64,000 nt of DNA from Alphaproteobacteria bacterium (GCA_045659785.1 JAZRCM010000015.1:6467-70466), one strand, 5' to 3'. Positions 51,778-62,651 are shown, counted from the first letter of the stretch. Numbers and translations are program-made. Notes: generated by a model from the sequence alone, not told the origin.

Positions 51778-53588
51778 TATCCGTTCACACTTCCTTCCAA
51801 TAAATTAGCCAAATGCAAAGCATTTATTCTGGTTGGTGTTATATTTCCGCTCGATCTTTGAGCATTTTCAAAACGGAGTTCTCTTAAACGTGCTGCCATG
51901 GGAGTTTCATCTCGTGTAGAAGATGATATTTCCTCGTGTCCAGCTGCTCTTTTAGCTCTCATCTCTGCAATTTTTGCATGTCCTTTTTGCATAGATTCAG
52001 AATAAGATTTTGTCGGTTTTTTAATAACATCTTTGGTTAAATCAGGAAGCTCTCTATATTGTACTTCTGAAACACGGCTTCCGTCCTTATCTTCCCATTT
52101 TCTGTATTTAGGAGCTTCTTTATTAATTTCATTTATAACTTCGTTTTTAACCTCTTTTTTTTCATCTTTCTCAATATCAGAAGAGAAAAGATTCTTACAT
52201 TTATTCCATGCGCTAGCTATTGGAGCACCAACAAAACACGCATATCCCCCTAACAATTTATTTTCTCTTGCTAATGATTTAGCTTGTGCGGAAGCCTCCT
52301 CATCTGACATTCCTACGGCTGTCATATAGTTATACATTGTTAATTCCCAACCGGTTCTGTCTTGTACAGATTGAGCATATTGAGGTAATTTTGTTTTTAA
52401 CAAATCTTCATTAACTAATGTTTCTCTCAAACAAACATTACCTTTATAATTAACATCTCCTTTAAGTTCCGTATGATATGTATAAACTTGGTTAACAGCA
52501 TTATTATAAACTTCATCATTAGCTTTTGGAAGTTCGTCTCCTCTTCGAGCATATTCCTTTGCAACCGCATTAACTGCAGCATTGACAATACTTTGATCGA
52601 CATTATTTTGAGCTTCAATAAAACTGTTTCTATAATTGTCTAAACTTTCCTTCATGTATGGCCTAAGATCATCTCTTGTAGGATCTTCATACAACATCTT
52701 ATCAAAGCATATCCCATCTATATATTCTTTGTTTGAACTTCTATACCACGGTTTAGAATCCAGAAATTTATTCATTGCCAATTTATGTTGTATCAATTTT
52801 TGATATTGTTCCAGACTCATATCGCCATTAAATTTTGGAATATCAAATTGCTCAACAATTTGCTGATATGACATTTTAGGCAACTTGTTCTTTTTATTTT
52901 CAAAATCTATTTCTCTTTTCCCAATTTCCGGAATTTCGGCATCTCTATCCATATATTGAGTAAAATCAACGCCTCCGATATTATAGGCAATCTTCATTGC
53001 TCTTTGATAGTTTCTATCGTGATATTCCGCATATTTTCCGTCTTTATCACTTGAGTATTTAGCATTCCACATACTATTATCATTGTATAAATTAGAAAAA
53101 CTTTCTTCCCAAGCATTTCTAGTACCATTTACAATAAAAGCCATCTCTTTATCAAAATCTTCTTTATATTCGCTAAAAGGATTAAGTTTTCCGCTTTCAA
53201 CAGCTTGTTTGTAAAATGTAAAAAAACCTCCTTTACCATCCAAAACAGAAATATCTCCTGTTTCTATATATCTCTGTCGTAATACAATTAATTCTGACAT
53301 GGTTGCAGATATTTCATCATGCATATTTATTTTATAGGCCTGCTCCGGCGATACCGGATATTCATATAAGCCGGCAGCTCTATTATCTCTATGTTTTTGT
53401 TCATGAATAAGAAGCTCTTCACTTGTATGATAGTCACTATCATTACCTCTTCTATAATTAGATGTAATTGTATTCTCATCAGGCGAAAAATACCCTGCTG
53501 CCCATGTAGGATCATCAACACGTATCGTATCAACTTGAAAATCAATATTTCTGGTTGGAATATCTCTTATTCTTTTATTATCCGGCAT
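51777..53588 (-). CDS. Orphan protein with N-terminal HExxH zinc-metallopeptidase-like motif
   Basis: AGYFSP...LLIHEQKH...DEISA; 603 aa; GGAG SD. Confidence 0.7.
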   Translation of the reverse strand: MPDNKRIRDIPTRNIDFQVDTIRVDDPTWAAGYFSPDENTITSNYRRGNDSDYHTSEELLIHEQKHRDNRAAGLYEYPVSPEQAYKINMHDEISATMSELIVLRQRYIETGDISVLDGKGGFFTFYKQAVESGKLNPFSEYKEDFDKEMAFIVNGTRNAWEESFSNLYNDNSMWNAKYSSDKDGKYAEYHDRNYQRAMKIAYNIGGVDFTQYMDRDAEIPEIGKREIDFENKKNKLPKMSYQQIVEQFDIPKFNGDMSLEQYQKLIQHKLAMNKFLDSKPWYRSSNKEYIDGICFDKMLYEDPTRDDLRPYMKESLDNYRNSFIEAQNNVDQSIVNAAVNAVAKEYARRGDELPKANDEVYNNAVNQVYTYHTELKGDVNYKGNVCLRETLVNEDLLKTKLPQYAQSVQDRTGWELTMYNYMTAVGMSDEEASAQAKSLARENKLLGGYACFVGAPIASAWNKCKNLFSSDIEKDEKKEVKNEVINEINKEAPKYRKWEDKDGSRVSEVQYRELPDLTKDVIKKPTKSYSESMQKGHAKIAEMRAKRAAGHEEISSSTRDETPMAARLRELRFENAQRSSGNITPTRINALHLANLLEGSVNG

Positions 53589-53769
53589 AATTCACTCCAC
53601 AGATGTAAATTCATCTTAGTCCATTATATCACAACATTATTATTATTCAAATCAAAATATAAGTTTTTTGTCAAATTATACAAAAATTTTTCTTGAAAAA
53701 TAAAATAACAGATGTTATATTAAAAGCTCAATAATAATTATTCGTTTAATCATTAAAAACTTTTCAAAC

Positions 53770-53943
53770 ATGGCAAAAAAGTATTTAACCGTAAGTCAGC
53801 AGCTTGAAATGCTCAAGAACAACCAGTTGGATGAACTCATCGAGTACACAAAAGAACACAACCTCAACTACAACGTAGTAAGGGTTCTTCTCAACCGTCT
53901 CAAAGAGGCCGTTACAGTTCAAGACTCGACATCAATCCACTAA
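53770..53943 (+). CDS. Small hypothetical protein (57 aa)
   Basis: MAKKYLTVSQQLEMLKNNQLDELIEYTKEHNLNYNVVRVLLNRLKEAVTVQDSTSIH*; below the ORF-track cutoff; promoter-like TTGAAA...TATATT upstream. Confidence 0.65.
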   Translation: MAKKYLTVSQQLEMLKNNQLDELIEYTKEHNLNYNVVRVLLNRLKEAVTVQDSTSIH

Positions 53944-53968
53944 CATTGTCTAACCTTAAATTAAATTT

Positions 53969-54370
53969 ATGACAGATTTAATTAATTTTGTATGGCAAAA
54001 TGCTGCCCATTGTAATACGTTAAATACCGTAATGCTTGTCGGTTTTATCCTTTTCTTCGGTATTTGGTCTTTAGGTTTCTATGCTCATGGTACAGCCATG
54101 AATATTCATGATTACTACGACCTTCCCAAAAAGAGTTGGTATAAAGCTATCAATGGTATTACCGGTTTATGTTTTATCCTGTGGGCACTTGCTTATGTTT
54201 TCATAATGCTGGTCACCAACATCGGACTAACACAAGTCGGATGCACTTTTGTCGCCGCAATTATGTTGGCTTTCATAGGTGCGATGGCTGTAGCACTGGT
54301 GTATCAAGTAGTGTATTATTGTGTTGTATTTCCTGTTCAGCTCATAAGCAGAATATTCAAACGCAAATAA
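53969..54370 (+). CDS. Hypothetical membrane protein (3 TM)
   Basis: Hydrophobic segments; followed by terminator aaaaactctgttc...gaacagagttttt. Confidence 0.75.
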   Translation: MTDLINFVWQNAAHCNTLNTVMLVGFILFFGIWSLGFYAHGTAMNIHDYYDLPKKSWYKAINGITGLCFILWALAYVFIMLVTNIGLTQVGCTFVAAIMLAFIGAMAVALVYQVVYYCVVFPVQLISRIFKRK

Positions 54371-54467
54371 ACACTGCTTCCGACACAAAAAACTCTGTTC
54401 CCTCAAAAGAACAGAGTTTTTTATTTTTTAAAGTAAAAAAAGACCTTGAATAATCAAGGCCTTGTAA

Positions 54468-54544
54468 TGGTAGCGAGGGGCGGACTTGAACCGTCGACAC
54501 GCGGATTATGATTCCGCTGCTCTAACCAACTGAGCTACCCCGCC
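54468..54544 (-). tRNA. tRNA-Met(CAT), elongator type
   Basis: Reverse complement GGCGGGGTAGCTCAG...GCGGAATCATAATCCGC...GTTCAAGT...CTACCA; lacks the initiator GGG/CCC anticodon stem. Confidence 0.93.
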
Positions 54545-54716
54545 ATCAAATTCACGTCTTTAATAATATTTATATTTTAGTTTGTCAACACAAATTTTTA
54601 ATTTTTTTATATTTTTTATAATAAAGTTTTTTCTTGCATTTTTCTCTATTTTTTGTATAATAGACAAATATTCAAAATTATTCACATATTAATAACCTAA
54701 AAAAACTTTTTCCACT

Positions 54717-55094
54717 ATGGTAGAAAACATTTTTTTCAAGGAGAAGGTATCTGAGATTATCGCTCTCCACAACTGGGATGTTAGAAAAGGTTCATTCCTT
54801 GGTTTTGCAATGTTGAAGACAGGTTTCGACCGCTATGAGACAGTATGTCTGCTTGTACTTCCTAACGAGTATATGTATCATCGTATGGACGGCACAGAAA
54901 CCGTTATGAACGGCAAGCCCATCTTCCGCAAGCTCGGAACCAAAGACCAGGGCCGTGTATTTACACAAGGTCGCTTGATGGCAACAATTCGTGCCGACAA
55001 GGATATCCTCTACTGGGAAATCAACTCCGTAGGCGGTGTTCCTCCCTGCTACTACGAGAAGTTTGAAGCCCTCAAAGCCGCAGGTAAGCTCTAA
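54717..55094 (+). CDS. Hypothetical protein
   Basis: 125-aa ORF with own promoter (TTGCAT...TATAAT) and terminator; AAG/GAG-rich codons. Confidence 0.75.
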   Translation: MVENIFFKEKVSEIIALHNWDVRKGSFLGFAMLKTGFDRYETVCLLVLPNEYMYHRMDGTETVMNGKPIFRKLGTKDQGRVFTQGRLMATIRADKDILYWEINSVGGVPPCYYEKFEALKAAGKL

Positions 55095-55232
55095 TCCCAA
55101 ACAAGCAATTGTTATAAAGGATGTCCTCATGTTAAGGACATCCTTTTTTTTATCCTCAAGGCTTATATTTATATTGCAAAAAAAATCTTCGCATTTAGTA
55201 TGTGATTAACTTTAACTAACGGAGATTTATCA

Positions 55233-56099
55233 ATGAAAATCAAAAACATTGCTCTTTTATCATGCTGCTTATTGCCTTTTAATGCAGTTGCAGATGATAC
55301 AATCGGTGAACTTCGTGCAAATTTTCGCCGTGTTGCTTTGGAAATGTCATCAACAGAAGTTCAAAATGCCAAATATTATACAGACAACCCAAACTCACAG
55401 TTGAGTACAGACAGTCAAAATATGATTAAAGGTGTATTTGACTTTGTTTTAGAATATGAACAACCCACATGGCAATGGAATAACAGTTTATTTGCCGAAT
55501 ACGGACGTACCAAAATTCGTCCTGCAGATGACGAAACTACAACCAGCGAAGATGCTGACCAAATTTTGTTCACTACCGATTACAACCGCAAAATGTGGCA
55601 CTGGGACTTTGACAATGTAGATGCCGGACCTTTTGCCAGTTTAGCATATCAAACAGAATTTAAGGCTAACAACCCTGCTCCGCTACAAAAGATTTTCCGT
55701 GGTAAAGCCGGTGTAAAAGCATTCAACGGCAATATTCTCAAAGACTTTTATGTTGCAGCCGTAGGCGAGTATGATTTGACATACAGCGATGAACACACAA
55801 CAAAATCTGCTTATGAAATCGGTTGGAGAACCGAATTTGTAAATTCTGACCAAGTAAAATTTCAATTTGAAGGATATTTCCGTGACTATTTGACATATAG
55901 TGAATATGTTGCAACTGACTTGAAATACGAATTGAGTGCGATAGCCCGTATGGATGTTAAAATTAAGAACAATTTCAGTCTTGCCCCTTATATGCAATAT
56001 TTCCAAGGCGAAGCCAGAGGTGTCGGCAAAACCGGAAGCAATTTTATGATAGGCTTGTCATTTGCTTATTCGGAATTGTTTAATATTTACAAAAAATAA
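55233..56099 (+). CDS. Putative outer-membrane beta-barrel protein
   Basis: Signal peptide, alternating aromatic beta-strand pattern, C-terminal IGLSFAY. Confidence 0.65.
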   Translation: MKIKNIALLSCCLLPFNAVADDTIGELRANFRRVALEMSSTEVQNAKYYTDNPNSQLSTDSQNMIKGVFDFVLEYEQPTWQWNNSLFAEYGRTKIRPADDETTTSEDADQILFTTDYNRKMWHWDFDNVDAGPFASLAYQTEFKANNPAPLQKIFRGKAGVKAFNGNILKDFYVAAVGEYDLTYSDEHTTKSAYEIGWRTEFVNSDQVKFQFEGYFRDYLTYSEYVATDLKYELSAIARMDVKIKNNFSLAPYMQYFQGEARGVGKTGSNFMIGLSFAYSELFNIYKK

Positions 56100-56219
56100 T
56101 CTGTATTTTTCAAAAAAATCCTCGGGCTTCAAACTCGAGGATTTTTTAGCATAATTTTATTGACAAAATTTTGTCCGCACGATATACTAAAATCTGATAA
56201 CCAATTAATTTAGTATATC

Positions 56220-56609
56220 ATGAAGAGAATTATTACCCTTTTTACTGTAGTTATTTCATCTATAGTTCTTTTCTCATCTTGCTGCAACAGCTGTGAGGAA
56301 AGCAACACTACTGACACTCATAATAACTCCCCTATCGTAACATCTACGGTAGAGAGAGTACGTTGTGTAACTGACCGTTCAGGTTATTTTGCAATGTTTT
56401 TTAGGCTCGAAAATGGACTCATGGGCGAGGTACAATATTACTTCGACAATAACCTCGAGCTTAATCTAATTCAGGTAGGAGATGAGATTTCCTACAGAAT
56501 GAATGGCAACTATGATCACTTTATGGATTCTGAAAAGAATGATTATGAAGTGGTGAAAGTCACATTCAAAAAACAGGATAAAGATAATTCAGATTCCTAT
56601 TGGAACTAA
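56220..56609 (+). CDS. Putative lipoprotein, possibly OB-fold-like
   Basis: MKRIITLFTVVISSIVLFSSC lipobox-like; IQVGDEISY. Confidence 0.65.
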   Translation: MKRIITLFTVVISSIVLFSSCCNSCEESNTTDTHNNSPIVTSTVERVRCVTDRSGYFAMFFRLENGLMGEVQYYFDNNLELNLIQVGDEISYRMNGNYDHFMDSEKNDYEVVKVTFKKQDKDNSDSYWN

Positions 56610-56757
56610 TTATATAACTTTGCCATAGTTTTTCGCTCCGATTCTGCCCCTCAAAGGCAGTTCGGAGTTTTTTTATGCAAAAATATACATATTTATTGAT
56701 TTTGTTCGTTTTTTATATAAAATATCTCTATTATTAAGTTTCATAAGGAGCATAATT

Positions 56758-59700
56758 ATGCGTAAAATCACAACATTAGCAATTTTATTGACTTCAACCT
56801 GTCTCATTTCTCCAGCAAGTGCCGAAACTGTTAATACTTACGAAAAACTGCAAGAAGCTTTGGCCGATTCAACAGCCGATGTGGTTTTAGACATGAACGG
56901 ACAAGGCATTGATTTGAACGGAGCAACAGGAACAACAGTTACCGGCGATCAAAGTGTAACTTTTCAAAATATCGATTCTTGGACCGGAACTTCTCAAAAC
57001 GTAATCAATCAAGGAACTGCTGCTTTTAACAATGTTGTTTTTGAAAATAATGATGCTCTTTTAGGTGGTGGTCCTGCCAATGGTGGTGGTATCATCAAAA
57101 ACGATGGTGGACATATTACCGAAATCAACAATGTAAAATTTGATAAAAACAATTCTAATTCCACCGAAGCATTATGGGGAGGTGTTATCGACAATATCCG
57201 AGGCGGAGTTATTGATGTAATCAAAGATTCAAATTTTTCCGATAACTATGCTTATTCCGGTGGCGGTTCAACAGCAGCAGCACCGCATGGCGGGGTTATA
57301 TATAACGGAAACCACTATAGCGAAACACAAGGCGGAACAATCAAACTTATTGATAATGTTGTTTTTGAAAATAACTCAATGACATCACAAGAAAATAATA
57401 CCGGCGGTGCCCATGGTGTTGCTATCGACAACAACGAATACGGAGTTATTGAAAAAATAACTAACTCTAAATTTATCAACAACAAAACTTATCGTACCGG
57501 TACGGAAGAAAAAGACCCAGACTTAAACTATCACGCATCGGGCGGTGCTATGGACAATTATAATTATATCGGCGAAATTTCCAATACCTTGTTCCAAGGC
57601 AATAGTGCAGAAGCTGAATCTGTATCAGCAGGTGCAGGCAGCGGTGCTATTATGAGTTTATACTCTGGTGGAGAAACATCCGGAATGCAGGGACGTATTG
57701 ATAAAATTGTCAATGTGCAATTTATTGATAATCATACTAAAAATCTGAATGGTATGGCTTATGCAGGTGCAATGTCAACAGGCGGACAAGATGAAAATGG
57801 TCGTAGTTATATCGGAAAAATGGAAAACGTCTTATTTCAAGGCAACTATGCTCAAGGCGGACGAGATGAAAGCAGATATATTGGAGCTTATGGCGGTGCT
57901 CTAACTAATAGTGGATATATCGGCAGCATCAGCGGAAAATTTGTCAACAACCACGCAGAAAATACTAAAGGAGTATCATCTGCTTATGCCGGAGCTATCA
58001 GAAACATCGGCAACACTAATTATCGCGCAGAAATAGGAAAAATTGATGCTGACTTTGACGGCAACTATGTTAAATCCGTTGATGGAGCAGCACAAGGCGG
58101 TGCTATACAAAATACGTATTCCACAATCAGTGTAATAAACGGAAATTTTACCAATAACTATATTCAAAGTGTCAATGGTGCTACATCAGGAGGAGCTCTC
58201 AATAATAACCAAAATGGTATAATTAATAAAATTGATGGTGATTTTAAAAATAATCACGCAGTAAATATAACAAAAAATTCCAGTGGCGGTGCTATAATGA
58301 ACTGGGGAACAGTTGAAGAACTAAAAGGAGATTTTACGGATAACTACGCTAAAACTACCGATGGAAACGCTGTCGGTGGTGCTTTGGTAAATAATTATGG
58401 AAATGAAAATTCTACTTTTGGCACTTTACAAGGAAACTTTGAAAATAATAAAGCTATAAGTGAAAACGGATATGCTCAAGGCGGTGCAATTTATAATAAA
58501 ACCACTTTAGAAAACATCTTAAACTCAAGCTTTATCAATAACTCGGCAGAAGGTAATGTAGAATCAAAAGGCGGTGCAATATATTCTGCTAAAGATTTAA
58601 CCATTACCGCTGATAACGGTACTTCGTTATTCCAAGGCAATACCGTAAACGGTGAGAGTAATGCTATTTATATGGACGGTACGGAAGATGCTCCGCTTAA
58701 CTTAAATCTGACAGCTAAAAACAGCGGAACAATTACTTTTGATGATGCTATTGACGGACAGTATTATGACATTAATATCAACGGCGATAACAACAGCAGT
58801 ATTGCATTTAATAATGCTCTAACCGGAGTTTCAAATATGAATTTGTCAAACAACTCCGTTTTATCTATTGGAATAAACGGCAATATCGAAGTTGAAAACT
58901 TGCGTCAAGCTCAAGCAACCGCAACAACTCTTTCAACTAAAGCCGCATCTTCCGACAGTTCTACAATTAATGTAGATATAGAAGTTGATAAGGCAAACAA
59001 TACCGTTAAATCCGGTGTAATCAATGTTGCCGGCGACATCAGCGGTAATTATAAGGTTATATTAAACTCATTAAATTCGGAAACATTTGAGGGGGCTTCT
59101 GCCGTATTCTTAAATGCCCCTAACGACACAACCGATGATACGACAATAGAAATTGCTCGTGTTATGGGTTCTCCTTATTTATGGGATATATCCGTTGACA
59201 ATACTCAAGGTTTCAGTTGGTCAGTAAACATCAATGACAAACTAAACCCTGATTATGACGGAAGTATGACTGCTCCGGAAGTTGTAACCGCTATCGGATT
59301 GCATAGTGCAGCGATTGAACAAACTCGCAGTGTAGTTCGAAATGTTGCCAATAAATCAGCAATAAATCGAGCTTATTGCGGTGACTGTGCTTTCAGTTAC
59401 GGTGATAATTATAACAAGTATCACAATGTTTGGGTGTTAGCTCAAGGCGAAAATGCCAATATTGACAAACCCGTTGATATGGAAGCAAAAATTTGGGGTA
59501 TTGAAGCCGGATTTGATATGCAAAATAATATTAATCACAATTTAGGAGTTTTTGTATCTTATCGTGACGGTGAATATGATTTGAACGGTAAAGGCTCTAA
59601 AAAACACTCTACTATCGGCTCAGATATTGAAATCGACAGCTATCTGGCAGGTTTATACTATCGCTATGATAAAAATATGAACTGGTTGTTTGCAACTGCT

Positions 59701-60201
59701 CATATCGGCAAACAAGAAGCTAAAGCAAGTACAAATGACAATATTGCCGATTTTGATACAGATGGTATAGAGTTTGGTGCAAGCATTGAAGCTGGACATA
59801 CCTTTGCTTTAACAGACACCCTCACCTTAGACCCGAGCATGGGAGTATATTACACTCAGATTAATTTTGACGATGCAAACGATAATGTCGGCAAAAAATA
59901 TGAATGGGACGATATCAAACATTTTGAAATTGAAGCAGGCTTAAAACTTGAAAAGCATCTTGATTGTACAAAAGTTTACATCAAACCCAGTGTAATCCAA
60001 ACCATTACTGAAGACGACAGTATATCAGTTACCGGTCTTAAAGATGTTAAAACCTATCATGACCAAACTTTGGGACGTATCGAAATCGGCGGACGTTTAG
60101 GTATTACCAATAGTTTATATGGTTATGGTTGGATTAATTACACCTTTGGTTCAAGCTACGATGCAACTGCCCTCGGACTAGGACTTAACTATACTTGGTA
60201 A
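56758..60201 (+). CDS. Autotransporter with Pmp-like GGA(I/L)/FxxN passenger repeats
   Basis: Signal peptide; many FxxN...GGAI repeats; C-terminal beta-domain ending LGLNYTW. Confidence 0.9.
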   Translation: MRKITTLAILLTSTCLISPASAETVNTYEKLQEALADSTADVVLDMNGQGIDLNGATGTTVTGDQSVTFQNIDSWTGTSQNVINQGTAAFNNVVFENNDALLGGGPANGGGIIKNDGGHITEINNVKFDKNNSNSTEALWGGVIDNIRGGVIDVIKDSNFSDNYAYSGGGSTAAAPHGGVIYNGNHYSETQGGTIKLIDNVVFENNSMTSQENNTGGAHGVAIDNNEYGVIEKITNSKFINNKTYRTGTEEKDPDLNYHASGGAMDNYNYIGEISNTLFQGNSAEAESVSAGAGSGAIMSLYSGGETSGMQGRIDKIVNVQFIDNHTKNLNGMAYAGAMSTGGQDENGRSYIGKMENVLFQGNYAQGGRDESRYIGAYGGALTNSGYIGSISGKFVNNHAENTKGVSSAYAGAIRNIGNTNYRAEIGKIDADFDGNYVKSVDGAAQGGAIQNTYSTISVINGNFTNNYIQSVNGATSGGALNNNQNGIINKIDGDFKNNHAVNITKNSSGGAIMNWGTVEELKGDFTDNYAKTTDGNAVGGALVNNYGNENSTFGTLQGNFENNKAISENGYAQGGAIYNKTTLENILNSSFINNSAEGNVESKGGAIYSAKDLTITADNGTSLFQGNTVNGESNAIYMDGTEDAPLNLNLTAKNSGTITFDDAIDGQYYDININGDNNSSIAFNNALTGVSNMNLSNNSVLSIGINGNIEVENLRQAQATATTLSTKAASSDSSTINVDIEVDKANNTVKSGVINVAGDISGNYKVILNSLNSETFEGASAVFLNAPNDTTDDTTIEIARVMGSPYLWDISVDNTQGFSWSVNINDKLNPDYDGSMTAPEVVTAIGLHSAAIEQTRSVVRNVANKSAINRAYCGDCAFSYGDNYNKYHNVWVLAQGENANIDKPVDMEAKIWGIEAGFDMQNNINHNLGVFVSYRDGEYDLNGKGSKKHSTIGSDIEIDSYLAGLYYRYDKNMNWLFATAHIGKQEAKASTNDNIADFDTDGIEFGASIEAGHTFALTDTLTLDPSMGVYYTQINFDDANDNVGKKYEWDDIKHFEIEAGLKLEKHLDCTKVYIKPSVIQTITEDDSISVTGLKDVKTYHDQTLGRIEIGGRLGITNSLYGYGWINYTFGSSYDATALGLGLNYTW

Positions 60202-60216
60202 ATATTAGGAACAAAC

Positions 60217-60254
60217 AAAAAAAACATCCCCGAAAAAATTCGGGGATGTTTTTT
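60217..60254. terminator. Bidirectional terminator
   Basis: aaaaaaacatccccgaa-aaaa-ttcggggatgttttt. Confidence 0.75.
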
Positions 60255-61038
60255 AAGTGTTTCCGTAGCCTTGATTTTGAACAAAATCTAAAAAATTAGC
60301 CGTCATTTTTCCCTTTTCTTGATTGTATCTTTCTTGATTATTGGTTGAGAATGACGAAGTTTTTGTTTCATCTCTACTTTCTATATAATGATCGGTAGGT
60401 CGGCCTATATCTCCGTTTTCAAACGAACGTCTTACACTTTTAATAACCTTTGAAAAATGAGCAATATCTTCTTCGGTAAATCCGTTATTGCGAGCTTGTT
60501 TCTTAAACTTCAACTCCATTTTCATATTATGTGCTCTAACCTCATCCATAGAATGTGTTTCTACTCGCTCACTTCCATCTCTTCTGATATGAGTTATTTC
60601 CGGTGTCATAAGTTTATTGCTGTCAAAAAAGCTGCAATCTAATTTTCGACCATCAGGAGTTATCATATACTGCTCATAGTCAAAATTTTTGCGTTTCATT
60701 TCACCGTTTTTTATTTTTCCTTCGGTTTTATCAACATACATATAACCATCGCCCAGATTATGAACACTACTTACTGACCTAAAAGTAATTTCATCCATTT
60801 TTCCACCATCAAAAACTTGCATTGAAGTTTCATAATGATGTGTATATGTACTGTCTGTAATATTATAATCTCTGGTCTCAACCGTTGTTGTTCTGGTACC
60901 AAGATGAAAATCATCACTTGTCTGTTTTGCTTGCGCTTCATTTACTCCACCAAACAAGCACAAAGCAGATAAAACAGTCATACCGACATATTTTTTGCAA
61001 TTATCCTTAAACTTTCCCATCGCAAACTCCACATTCAT
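60253..61038 (-). CDS. Hypothetical protein with signal-peptide-like segment
   Basis: KKYVGMTVLSALCLFGGVNEAQA; true start may be MGKF (GGAG upstream). Confidence 0.7.
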   Translation of the reverse strand: MNVEFAMGKFKDNCKKYVGMTVLSALCLFGGVNEAQAKQTSDDFHLGTRTTTVETRDYNITDSTYTHHYETSMQVFDGGKMDEITFRSVSSVHNLGDGYMYVDKTEGKIKNGEMKRKNFDYEQYMITPDGRKLDCSFFDSNKLMTPEITHIRRDGSERVETHSMDEVRAHNMKMELKFKKQARNNGFTEEDIAHFSKVIKSVRRSFENGDIGRPTDHYIESRDETKTSSFSTNNQERYNQEKGKMTANFLDFVQNQGYGNT

Positions 61039-61139
61039 ATATAGTATAGGATTGTATCATCTTTATACATTTTTGTCAATATATACAAAAAAGAGCACGA
61101 CATTAATAATGACGTGCTCTACAATTTTGTGAAATAAAC

Positions 61140-61928
61140 CTACACTGCTACGGCACCGGTAAGTTTCGGATGACTCTGGTAATTAACCAGTTCAAAATCC
61201 TCATACTTAAAGTCATCAATATCCTTCACATCAGGATTGATTTTCATTTGCGGCAAAGCATAGGGTTCGCGTGTCAACTGCTCTGTTACTTGCTCAAAGT
61301 GATTGTTGTAAATATGAGCATTACCCAAAGTATGTACAAATTCTCCCGGTTTCAAACCGCAAACTTGGGCAATCATCATTGTCAACAATGAATAAGATGC
61401 AATATTAAACGGCACACCTAAGAACATATCACAACTGCGTTGATAAAGTTGGCAGTTAAGACGTCCGTCCGGAGTGACATCAAACTGATAAAAACAGTGG
61501 CAAGGAGGCAAAGCCATCTCGTCAATTTGCGATGGGTTCCATGCGGTTACAATCAAACGTCTGTCGGTAGGATTTTTCTTAATGCGTTCAATAACATCCT
61601 TTATCTGATCGATGCCGTCAGAGTTCCAGTTACGCCATTGATGTCCGTAAACCGGTCCCAAGTTTCCGTTTTCATCGGCCCACTCGTCCCAAATATGCAC
61701 ATTGTTGTCGGTCAAATATTTGATATTTGTGTTACCGGACAACAGCCATATAAGTTCGTGAATAATACCTTTGAGGAACACTTTTTTGGTTGTCACCAAA
61801 GGAAAACCTTCGCTCAAATCGAAACGCATTTGTCTGCCGAAGACTTTGCGTGCATAAACACCGGTACGATTGTCACCGTCCTGTCCGTTCTCCATAATGT
61901 CACGGAGTAAATCTAAATACTGTTTCAT
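61140..61928 (-). CDS. thyA: Thymidylate synthase
   Basis: [47 protein letters not shown]. Confidence 0.98.
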   Translation of the reverse strand: MKQYLDLLRDIMENGQDGDNRTGVYARKVFGRQMRFDLSEGFPLVTTKKVFLKGIIHELIWLLSGNTNIKYLTDNNVHIWDEWADENGNLGPVYGHQWRNWNSDGIDQIKDVIERIKKNPTDRRLIVTAWNPSQIDEMALPPCHCFYQFDVTPDGRLNCQLYQRSCDMFLGVPFNIASYSLLTMMIAQVCGLKPGEFVHTLGNAHIYNNHFEQVTEQLTREPYALPQMKINPDVKDIDDFKYEDFELVNYQSHPKLTGAVAV

Positions 61929-61945
61929 ACTTTCATCCTTTTAAG

Positions 61946-62515
61946 TTAAACATTAGTAATTGCTAAAATAATATGTTTCAAAACTTCCTGCTCAACAAAC
62001 TCGCCCTTACGAACAAATACACGAGTTGAGATATTGTCCAAATCAAAATCGGGAATAAGTTGACGATAATTTTTATTAAGGCTTTCAATCGAAGGGGTTA
62101 TATCAACTTTTTGACCTTCTAAACCTGCTTTTAATTCCCCTTTATAAACACAATCCACCACAATTTCCGGCATAAGTTTCGTGCTTCCGGTCATAAAAAG
62201 CTTATACACCGAAGCACCGCCGGATATATACAAATCTTCTTCAAAATCTTTGAAAAAATTGACATCGTTCACTACGAAATGATGTTCTTTATCGCTCACT
62301 TCATATTCTTCATCTAATGTCAAAACATAAATATTGCGATTAGGTAAAGTACGATTAGGAAAACTTTCATAGGTGGTTTGCCCTGCAACCAAGTTTTTTC
62401 CTTCGGTAATACGGCGAAAACGTTGAAAATCTGACTTTACGTGCCAAGGAATTTCAGAACCTATACCGATAATATTATCGCCTTCATGACGACACCAAAC
62501 CGCAACTTTTGTCAT
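61946..62515 (-). CDS. folA: Dihydrofolate reductase (divergent)
   Basis: IIGIGSEIPWHVKSDFQRFRRIT, TTYES, LPNR, YISGGASVY; directly upstream of thyA. Confidence 0.85.
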   Translation of the reverse strand: MTKVAVWCRHEGDNIIGIGSEIPWHVKSDFQRFRRITEGKNLVAGQTTYESFPNRTLPNRNIYVLTLDEEYEVSDKEHHFVVNDVNFFKDFEEDLYISGGASVYKLFMTGSTKLMPEIVVDCVYKGELKAGLEGQKVDITPSIESLNKNYRQLIPDFDLDNISTRVFVRKGEFVEQEVLKHIILAITNV

Positions 62516-62651
62516 ATCAATACTTTCATTTATAAAAACTGATAGAGATAATAACACTATAAAACTACATATCAAGTTTTACAGTAGAGTTATGAGCACA
62601 AAACTTAAATTAAACTTGAAAAAGTTATTATCATAAGCTATATATATATCC

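Noticed and set aside
26134-56675. CTCAAA-like loops in several hairpins as possible attC/REP elements
   Set aside because: Stems differ in sequence, are followed by T tracts and behave as ordinary terminators; no integron integrase or attC core sites seen
14990-61080. Recurring TTTTTGTCAA motif in many intergenic regions as a possible mobile-element end
   Set aside because: It is the reverse complement of the sigma70 -35 box TTGACA and sits upstream of minus-strand genes with a -10-like element
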